A stretch of DNA of 28,182 nt, counting the filler, from Candidatus Babeliales bacterium (GTDB lineage Bacteria; Babelota; Babeliae; Babelales; JABCYS01): the NCBI GenBank assembly GCA_016929235.1. It is 2 parts of 2 records of this genome, joined end to end, with 100 filler letters (N's around TTAATTAATTAA, not from the genome) between each part and the next. Parts side by side here need not be neighbours in the genome. Positions count along the whole stretch, not along the records: positions 1 to 13,986 come from JAFGJD010000009.1; 1 more part is not named here. One strand, given 5' to 3'. The position numbers and the translations under genes are program-made. Under the pieces are notes generated by a model. The model was not told where the DNA came from. It saw only the letters and a program-made list of their open reading frames with translations, and did no database searches. Positions 1 through 6,655 of this stretch are shown here, piece by piece. Each line of letters begins with the position of its first letter. Position 1 is the stretch's first letter.

Positions 1-21
1 ACTCAATCCACAAAGTTTTTT
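1..21 (+). repeat. 21-nt contig-end overlap (reverse complement of 14087-14107)
   Basis: ACTCAATCCACAAAGTTTTTT (1-21) is the exact reverse complement of AAAAAACTTTGTGGATTGAGT (14087-14107). Confidence 0.95.
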
Positions 22-124
22 AGCGATAGCGGCTGCAGATATTGATGGTGACGGTGAACTCGATATCATCGGAATTAATGAAAAACATGAAATTATTATT
101 CTTCAGGATGATCTAGCTGATTAA
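2..124 (+). CDS. pilA: C-terminal 40 aa of the type IV pilin whose 5' part lies at 14087-14466 (-)
   Basis: Frame 2 reads LNPQSFLAIAAADIDGDGELDIIGINEKHEIIILQDDLAD* (TAA 122-124). LNPQSF is identical to the last residues of the truncated pilin, via a 21-nt exact overlap. Not in the ORF track. Confidence 0.9.
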   Translation, partial: LNPQSFLAIAAADIDGDGELDIIGINEKHEIIILQDDLAD

Positions 125-858
125 AATAAAAGCAAGAGTAGTTGTGTTTCTAGTAGTACATAGGTCATTGCTCCTAATGCCAGAAACGGCCCGAACGGAA
201 TTAGCCGCCTGTGGGTGATAAGTTGAATCATAAGACCAACGATACTGCCAAAGAGAGAACCGACGAGTAGTGTGATCCAGCATCCCAATGGACCAAGAAA
301 TGCCCCGATCAATGCCATGAGTTCCATATCGCCCTCGCCCAGGCCATCCTTTGAGGTTACGACTTTGAATAGCTTTGCGACCGTCCATAAAATGCCATAA
401 CCAAGTACCGATCCTGTAAGGCTTTCATACCAACTAATAGGAAGATAACCCAATAAACTTAACCCAAATCCAAGTGGGACCAAGGTGAGGGTCATAAATC
501 GTGAAATAAGCATAGTTTCGAGATCAGTTCTCAATGTGACTATAAGCGCAGAGAAGAAGATAAAATAGGGCCAAAAATAGATCGTTGGGACAGTTCCATA
601 GAGGCATGTGATCATGGCTGCTGTTATGATTTCAATAAACGGATAGAGAATCGAGATGGGTGCAGAACAGGTGCGACACTTTCCTCTGAGAACAACCCAG
701 GAGATGACCGGTATTGTATCGTGCCATGCAATGGTTGTGTCACAATGCGGACAAAATGATCGTACGCGCCACAGATGGGCGAGGTGAAGTAAGCGATATG
801 CTATGACATTGAGATATCCACCCCAAGCAAGGGCCAGGAAAAAAATAAAAGCGTTTAT
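121..858 (-). CDS. pilD: Prepilin peptidase/N-methyltransferase (A24 family), ~245 aa, probable ATA start
   Basis: The frame stays open upstream of the track start (615) and encodes GGYLNVIAYRL...RSFCPHC...IPVISWVVLRGKCRTC..PISILYPFIE (N-terminal Zn domain). The C-terminal part has TDLETMLI, GLGEGDMELMA and IPFGPFL. There is no in-frame ATG/GTG/TTG between the upstream stop (922-924) and 615; ATA at 858-856 overlaps the rbfA stop. Confidence 0.9.
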   Translation of the reverse strand: MNAFIFFLALAWGGYLNVIAYRLLHLAHLWRVRSFCPHCDTTIAWHDTIPVISWVVLRGKCRTCSAPISILYPFIEIITAAMITCLYGTVPTIYFWPYFIFFSALIVTLRTDLETMLISRFMTLTLVPLGFGLSLLGYLPISWYESLTGSVLGYGILWTVAKLFKVVTSKDGLGEGDMELMALIGAFLGPLGCWITLLVGSLFGSIVGLMIQLITHRRLIPFGPFLALGAMTYVLLETQLLLLLF

Positions 859-1217
859 AATTTCCCTTCCTTTTTGAGGGACTCTAGGAGAGATTCTACT
901 TCTTGTTGTTTTGCAAACTGATCATCGTAGCGAAAGATAAAGTCTGGTGTATGGCGTGTTTTGATTTCTTTTGAAATAGAAGCTCGAAGTGATGGCTTGT
1001 AGAGTTTTAATAGTGGTAGTTTTTGTTCAAAATACTCCTTGCCATGCGGAGTAATAAAAAAAACCGTGCATATGCTTGTATTTGCTGCGAAGTGGACTCT
1101 GTTAGGATATAGATCTACAAGCTCAGGGTTATCCTGGGCTGCTTGTAAAAAGAGTTGAGAAATAGTACGCAGAAAGAGAGATTCCTTCTGTGCTCGTCGA
1201 ATTGACATATCTTTCAC
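855..1217 (-). CDS. rbfA: Ribosome-binding factor A
   Basis: 120 aa with N-terminal RRAQKES and C-terminal LRASISKEIKTRHTPDFIFRYD, matching RbfA R.P.L.F..D. Start may be ATG at 1208. Confidence 0.85.
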   Translation of the reverse strand: MKDMSIRRAQKESLFLRTISQLFLQAAQDNPELVDLYPNRVHFAANTSICTVFFITPHGKEYFEQKLPLLKLYKPSLRASISKEIKTRHTPDFIFRYDDQFAKQQEVESLLESLKKEGKL

Positions 1218-1246
1218 TTGAGCACCTCATGTCTGAGGGAATAATA

Positions 1247-1483
1247 TTAATCTTGTAGTAGACCCTGTGATGCCATACGAAGCAGATTTTGTTTGATAGC
1301 TCGGATCATGCGCTTACGGCGTTTTTGGGTAGGGGATTCAAAGTAAACGAGGCGTTTCATATCACGAGATATACCTTCTCGCTCTATCTTCTTTTTGAGT
1401 TGTCGCAATGCCTTATCGAGATTGTCGTTCACCGTTATAGAGATATTTGCCTTTTGGGACTTTGACATGGAAAATTCAGCCAT
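1247..1483 (-). CDS. rpsU: 30S ribosomal protein bS21
   Basis: NLDKALRQLKKKIEREGISRDMKRLVYFESPTQKRRKR matches the S21 signature. Start may be 1468. Confidence 0.92.
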   Translation of the reverse strand: MAEFSMSKSQKANISITVNDNLDKALRQLKKKIEREGISRDMKRLVYFESPTQKRRKRMIRAIKQNLLRMASQGLLQD

Positions 1484-1533
1484 CCTTAATCAATTCTTCA
1501 AGAGGTTTGTGAGATATTTACTAGAACGTTTCC

Positions 1534-1562
1534 ATTCTAGGGAGATTTGGCTTCTTTGTCTA
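1534..1562 (-). promoter_or_regulatory. Putative sigma70 promoter for rpsU-rbfA-pilD
   Basis: Minus strand reads TAGACA-17 nt-TAGAAT (5/6 and 5/6 to consensus), ~50 nt upstream of rpsU. Confidence 0.6.
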
Positions 1563-1593
1563 GGTTCTTCAGGGTGCGAGGGGGAGAGTTGGG

Positions 1594-2994
1594 CTAAAAA
1601 TTGACTGCAACTGTCCCATACAAACCACCTATTCGAGGTGCATTGCGATTGCTTGAAAGTGGAGCTTGCCATAAGATGCCCGCGTTAACGTTTGGTGAAA
1701 TGTCATAATGGAGTGAGGAGAGAAAATAACGTTGATTCCACTTGGATTGCTTTTCCAGCATGGAGGGGATAAAGCCGAGGGTTGAATCTGCTACACGGAT
1801 AGTATCAGCCTGGTGGTTAACCTGGGCATACTGGATGAAGAATGATAGGCGACGCAGGAAGTGGCGTGCATGAATTGTTGCTAAGAAATGCCAGTTGGCG
1901 CCTGGGCTTATGCAGGCTGTGGTTGTGCATGGGAAGATGCCACTTTGTTCTTTATGGTTGGGTATGCGGAGGTTGCATACCGTTCTATCCATGAATACGG
2001 TTCCCCCTGCCTCAAATCCAATCTCTACTCGATCATCAAAGTCTAGGGTAAATCCAGTGTTGATTCCGAATGCGTGATGTCCATTATTTCCATGTGAGAC
2101 AGCAAACTGAATGCTTGGATCCTTTTCTGGTCCCGTTGCGATGGTTCCAATGAGCTGTATAAATGGCATAAAAAGAAACTGAGACCAGCCGTTACGGTCT
2201 TGGTTAACCTCAACTGCATGTCGCCAGAAAAGCTGCAGTCGCATGTCTTCAAAACTAGTCTTATGGAAGTTATTGATGTTCAGCCCTATTTCACTGGCAA
2301 TATCGTGTATCTTGTCTTCACTGGTAAGGAGTCGATAGACATTGCGTTGATTAGTGCCTTCGCAGGTTGCTTCGCCACATCCAGTACCGTTGTTGTCCCT
2401 AAATGCTGTAACTGTGAACTGAAGATCTGAGACGCCAAACTGGGCCTTGAATCCAAGATCCTCAAGCAGCATGATGGCTGTCTCGAAGCGTACGCCATAG
2501 CGGCGGTATTCTGCCGGCACTTCAACCTGTCCAAAATTTGATCCCGTATTACAAATGACGGCAGTGTAGGTGAAGGCTGTATCATCATTAAAATAGAGCG
2601 GAGTGTCGGTTCCCGTTGGGTTACAGGCATATTCTTGAGCTGCGGCAGCCGCTAGGTTAGTGCCTAGAGACGAGCTAGTGGGGCAGGTTGTATAGGTGAG
2701 TGCGAGCATGTTCCATAGACCGTGGATGTTACCAAGTTGTATTTCTTCTTGGTCAATATCTTTGGCTCGTTTTGAGCGTTGGCCGAATGGCGTAATGGTG
2801 AAATTGAAACGTTCATCTTTTTGTTCAGATTTTAGCCCACGCATGATGTCTTTTCCAAAATCGTAGAGGAATTCATGTGGGTTGGCTGTTGAGTAGATCG
2901 GAAGTGCATCGAAATAATTATTTGATGTCATGCCATGAATCAAGGATGTGCTGGCAAGAAATCCTATTGCACCTGCACAAATCTTGTACTTCAT
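1594..2994 (-). CDS. Secreted Cys-rich protein, probable outer-membrane beta-barrel (paralogue of 26233-27654)
   Basis: 466 aa with an N-terminal signal peptide, many alternating polar/hydrophobic strands, and C-terminal LYGTVAVNF (beta-signal-like terminal Phe). Shares the GTI(A/P)TG......FA...G...(H)..FG motif with the paralogue. Confidence 0.7.
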   Translation of the reverse strand: MKYKICAGAIGFLASTSLIHGMTSNNYFDALPIYSTANPHEFLYDFGKDIMRGLKSEQKDERFNFTITPFGQRSKRAKDIDQEEIQLGNIHGLWNMLALTYTTCPTSSSLGTNLAAAAAQEYACNPTGTDTPLYFNDDTAFTYTAVICNTGSNFGQVEVPAEYRRYGVRFETAIMLLEDLGFKAQFGVSDLQFTVTAFRDNNGTGCGEATCEGTNQRNVYRLLTSEDKIHDIASEIGLNINNFHKTSFEDMRLQLFWRHAVEVNQDRNGWSQFLFMPFIQLIGTIATGPEKDPSIQFAVSHGNNGHHAFGINTGFTLDFDDRVEIGFEAGGTVFMDRTVCNLRIPNHKEQSGIFPCTTTACISPGANWHFLATIHARHFLRRLSFFIQYAQVNHQADTIRVADSTLGFIPSMLEKQSKWNQRYFLSSLHYDISPNVNAGILWQAPLSSNRNAPRIGGLYGTVAVNF

Positions 2995-3144
2995 TACATC
3001 CCTTTTTGCCGTAACACCCTACTTTGGTTCCTTTGATCAAGATATACCACTCCAGAGATTCACCAGTCAATTAAAAGGTTGCTGGGTTGTGGGTTTGTTG
3101 TGATCGCTTTACACTTGAGCTAATTGTTACCCGGGGAAGGCTCT

Positions 3145-3666
3145 ATGAGACAGTGGATTGTATGTGTAATGCTGAGTATGACATCCTGCGTGAGTGGGCA
3201 TGAGTCATCAGATAATGACAGGCATGAAGATTCTCGTGCGGTTGGTGGGGGCAGTTCTTCACCTCAACAGAAAGCAGCGCTAGTAGTTCCTGGTATCCTA
3301 ATTGGAGCTGGAATCACATTGCTTGGGACTCGACATAAAGGTCTGGAAAAACCTTCAAGATGTGACTCGGCGAAGCGGCCGCTTCGTTTGCAGCTTGAGC
3401 CTGCGGATGACTTTGTGAGGCGGTTGGACCCTGATTTTGTGTTGTGGTTTGCTAAGAACATGAGCGAATTTGCGAACAATAATACGTTGGTTAAGTGGTT
3501 GGCAGAGAAGCCTGAGGGCGAGCGATTCGGGGCTCAACGAGTAATCGGTGATGAGATTGAACCAGCGTTTCAAGTTGCTCGAAACAAGGGATCTTCATGT
3601 GGGCCGTATCAGTATCAAATGGTTGAAGTCATGATGTTCGGGTTGTTGCATCCAACATCTAGATAG
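3145..3666 (+). CDS. Hypothetical exported/membrane protein
   Basis: ATG 3145 follows GGGGAAGG. Signal-like N-terminus, acidic stretch, then a Gly-rich hydrophobic helix (VVPGILIGAGITLLG) and basic residues. Confidence 0.6.
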   Translation: MRQWIVCVMLSMTSCVSGHESSDNDRHEDSRAVGGGSSSPQQKAALVVPGILIGAGITLLGTRHKGLEKPSRCDSAKRPLRLQLEPADDFVRRLDPDFVLWFAKNMSEFANNNTLVKWLAEKPEGERFGAQRVIGDEIEPAFQVARNKGSSCGPYQYQMVEVMMFGLLHPTSR

Positions 3667-3773
3667 TCGAAAGGTGTGGGCTGAAGACCAGAATAGAAGG
3701 AATTGAGGAAACTTATATTATGCTGTAGGGTATATAATGGCAGCGGAAACAATTGATGATAAGCAAATGAGGG

Positions 3774-4376
3774 ATGATGGTGAAATTAAAAGGCATCTAT
3801 TTCGTGAGTGTAATACTATGGGGGTTCAATCTTCTTGCGGGAACTGATACTACAGATGATGTAATGAATTGTCAGGATGAAACAAGTGTTAGTTCTGATC
3901 ACTTGTCATGGTCATGGTATGTAGCTGGTGGCGCAGTTGTGTTCGGTTCGGCACTATTTGGATATCGCATGTATTCTAAGAAGCAGAAGAAGTGTAAGCA
4001 ATCTTTTGTTCCCTTCTACGGGGGGGAGGCATTCGATGTGGAAATAGGTGCAATACTTAATGCAGAGGCGGCAAAGGCGGAGGCAGAGGAGAGGGAAGCC
4101 CAGGAGCGATTTCCAGCAAGTGAAGTGCACAGAAAAGAATTGTGGCAAGAATTGCAAGGGGAAGGGCTTTTTCCCTTTAATTGGATACGTCATTCCGATG
4201 TAACGGGACGAGAATGTTCCCAAGCGGCGTTTGTTATTCGCCGTAGCCTTGGTTTTCTAGACCAAATTGGGCATATAAGATGGCTTATAAAGCAGCCAGT
4301 CCCTGAAGGACGTTCGACGCTTGGTGTCGTGGTAGAGTACTTGCGGGGTGAAGGCTACAAGGAGCTTCAAGATTAG
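3774..4376 (+). CDS. Hypothetical exported/membrane protein
   Basis: 200-aa ORF with GAGGG SD-like sequence, signal peptide, acidic stretch, TM helix WYVAGGAVVFGSALFGY, and KKQKK. Confidence 0.65.
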   Translation: MMVKLKGIYFVSVILWGFNLLAGTDTTDDVMNCQDETSVSSDHLSWSWYVAGGAVVFGSALFGYRMYSKKQKKCKQSFVPFYGGEAFDVEIGAILNAEAAKAEAEEREAQERFPASEVHRKELWQELQGEGLFPFNWIRHSDVTGRECSQAAFVIRRSLGFLDQIGHIRWLIKQPVPEGRSTLGVVVEYLRGEGYKELQD

Positions 4377-4437
4377 TGGACGGGTTAGAAGCTTTTAGGG
4401 TTACCAAGCTGGCGCCTCAATGGTACGGGTTATAAGT

Positions 4438-4689
4438 ATGTATTGTTCTTATTATCAAGCATCTATACCAAGGGCAACGACAGGATTGTTTGTTGCCATG
4501 TTACGCGCGCATGAACATTTATGTTTTGATAGAACGTATGACGTTGAGAATGGTACTTTTGAGTTTTTTGTACCACTCGGCCTTGAGAAGACGTTTGAAC
4601 ATTTTATGACCGGGATGTGCTCAAAAAAGATTGTGACCATGTTTCAACGTATGCCTAATCGATTGGCAGAAACTGTGCACAATTTCTAG
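4438..4689 (+). CDS. Small hypothetical protein, DUF4911-like
   Basis: The pattern F.A.LR.HEHLCFDRT.D...GTFEFFVP resembles small DUF4911-type proteins (by eye). Overlaps the gltX stop by 4 nt. Upstream ATG at 4420 is possible. Confidence 0.55.
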   Translation: MYCSYYQASIPRATTGLFVAMLRAHEHLCFDRTYDVENGTFEFFVPLGLEKTFEHFMTGMCSKKIVTMFQRMPNRLAETVHNF

Positions 4690-6122
4690 TCGAGCACAGA
4701 ATGAATTCTTTTTTTGACCTCTTCAATGCCAAGCAGATCGATTATGTCATGAATTCCCATACCCTCTACATTCCCAGTCAAAATGAATCGGACACTACTC
4801 CAGAGCTCCTTGCTATTGATGCCGGAAGATTTTGCCTTTTGTTTTGTGAGTTCCATATATGTATCTGGATTATCTAGGGAAACAACCGTTTCTTTGAGAA
4901 TCGCAATCAATGCTTCATGTTTTTCTGGTCGAATCGTTTTTTTAAGCTGTTCTTGTTTTACTGAAGGAGTTTCAAAATAGAATCGTATTAGTTCAACACA
5001 ATCATTGAGGGTTACAAGTTCTGGTTTGATGATGCCGATGAGATGGCGCATAGTCTCAGGGTTGACCGCCTCAGCGATAGGATAAGCTTCAATCAGCCTT
5101 GGTAAACACATGTCAGTTAGTTGAGCTGTATCATACGAACTAAGCCACTTGTGGTTGATCCATTTCAATTTTTCAACATCGTACTTAATGTGTCCAGTAG
5201 AGTGAATGGCATCAAATGGAAATAGCTGTACCAGCTTTTCCAACGACATGATTTCTTGTTCGAATGAACCGCCGATGATTCCCAGATAGTTCAGGATTGC
5301 TTCTGAAATAAAACCGGCGTCTTGCAGGTCCTTGAGTGAGAACCCAAAGTCACGCTTAGAAAGTTTTTTACCTTCGATATTGCACATGATCGGAATATGC
5401 CAGAATGTTGGGACTTGGAGGCCAAGCGCTTCGTATAATACAACCTGTGATGTGGTATTACTGATATGATCCTCGCCACGCAGTACGTGCGTGATCTTCA
5501 TGAGCCCATCGTCAACGCAGTTGGCAAAGGTGAATGTGAAGCTTCCATCAGTTCTCGTCAGAGGAATATCTGAGAAATCTTTGAGATGAAATTCCATGGT
5601 TCCCCGGGCCATATCATTAAACGTGATGGTTCGATTATCTGTGGTATTGAGTCGCCAGATGAATGGGGCCTCGGTATCAAGTTTTTGAGCGATCTGTGTG
5701 TCAGTAAGATGCAGACAGGTTTGGTCATAGCGAGGAGGTCGTTTTAGTGCGAGTTGTCGTTTTCGCTTGCGCTCTAACTCTTCTGGCGTACAGAAGCAAC
5801 GGTATACGGCGTTTTTATCTTGCAACTCTTGGAGCTTTTTGGCGTAGAGATCAGATCTTTTTGATTGAAAGTATGGGCCATAGGGGCCGTCCACACGCGG
5901 GCCCTCATCGTAGGTGAGCCCAAGCCATATAAGGTCATTAATGATATGGGTTGCATTTGGATCAAAATTACGCTCAGGATCGGTATCTTCGATTCTCAAT
6001 ACAAAGGTTCCGCCTTTTTGGTGTGCAAAGAGGTAATTAAGCAAGGCTGTTCTGATATTTCCAAGATGCATCATCCCGGTTGGTGATGGTGCAAAGCGCA
6101 CACGAGGCTTGGTGTGAGTCAC
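4686..6122 (-). CDS. gltX: Glutamate--tRNA ligase
   Basis: RVRFAPSPTG.MHLGN (HIGH motif), LRIEDTD, YRCFC Zn site, ITHVLRGEDH, KLSKR (KMSKS motif). 478 aa with an anticodon-binding domain. Confidence 0.97.
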   Translation of the reverse strand: MTHTKPRVRFAPSPTGMMHLGNIRTALLNYLFAHQKGGTFVLRIEDTDPERNFDPNATHIINDLIWLGLTYDEGPRVDGPYGPYFQSKRSDLYAKKLQELQDKNAVYRCFCTPEELERKRKRQLALKRPPRYDQTCLHLTDTQIAQKLDTEAPFIWRLNTTDNRTITFNDMARGTMEFHLKDFSDIPLTRTDGSFTFTFANCVDDGLMKITHVLRGEDHISNTTSQVVLYEALGLQVPTFWHIPIMCNIEGKKLSKRDFGFSLKDLQDAGFISEAILNYLGIIGGSFEQEIMSLEKLVQLFPFDAIHSTGHIKYDVEKLKWINHKWLSSYDTAQLTDMCLPRLIEAYPIAEAVNPETMRHLIGIIKPELVTLNDCVELIRFYFETPSVKQEQLKKTIRPEKHEALIAILKETVVSLDNPDTYMELTKQKAKSSGINSKELWSSVRFILTGNVEGMGIHDIIDLLGIEEVKKRIHSVLD

Positions 6123-6311
6123 AATCTAATCCTTTTTTTACTATACGCAAAAGAGGTAATTTTGAGCATGTGTTCAGTCTATCTAGATGTGATCGTAAGT
6201 CCAGTTGTATAAAAAACAGTGCAAGATTTTGACCTTTGTTCCTCATATTTGTTAGCTTGGTCGCACATGTGAGAGATCATGGAGGGGTAGAGCTAACCAG
6301 AGGAGGGTTTA

Positions 6312-6590
6312 ATGAAGCAATGCCTTCGTATTTCATTCATCGCTACTATGCCCAAGGATTTTTTGGAGACGTTTATCCAAAAATATGCGCGTAAGCTGCA
6401 TTTGGAAGGCACTGCGCAATTGGTGGGTGATGATACCGTTCATATTGCGGCATGTGGTCCCAAGGGCGCTTTAGAAGAATTTCTAGACATGCTTCACAAA
6501 GGAACTAAGACGGTGAAGCCGCATGATATATCGCTTGAACCATTTTTGAAAACTAAGGACTATCGAGGCGTGTTCAGAATTATTGAATAA
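6312..6590 (+). CDS. Acylphosphatase-fold protein, catalytic residues apparently absent
   Basis: 92 aa. QKYARKLHLEGTAQLVGDDTVHIAACGPKGALEEFLDMLHKG aligns with the AcyP core but lacks the VQGVGFR loop and the catalytic Asn. Strong SD (AGGAGG). Confidence 0.75.
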   Translation: MKQCLRISFIATMPKDFLETFIQKYARKLHLEGTAQLVGDDTVHIAACGPKGALEEFLDMLHKGTKTVKPHDISLEPFLKTKDYRGVFRIIE

Positions 6591-6655
6591 TCATTTACCA
6601 TAGCTTGTGGTACACTGGCACTCACATACACTATCAGCTATGAGTAGGTGCTAGG

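Noticed and set aside
121..615. 164-aa pilD as given in the ORF track
   Set aside because: It omits the in-frame conserved N-terminal Cys/Zn domain; the gene extends to about 858.
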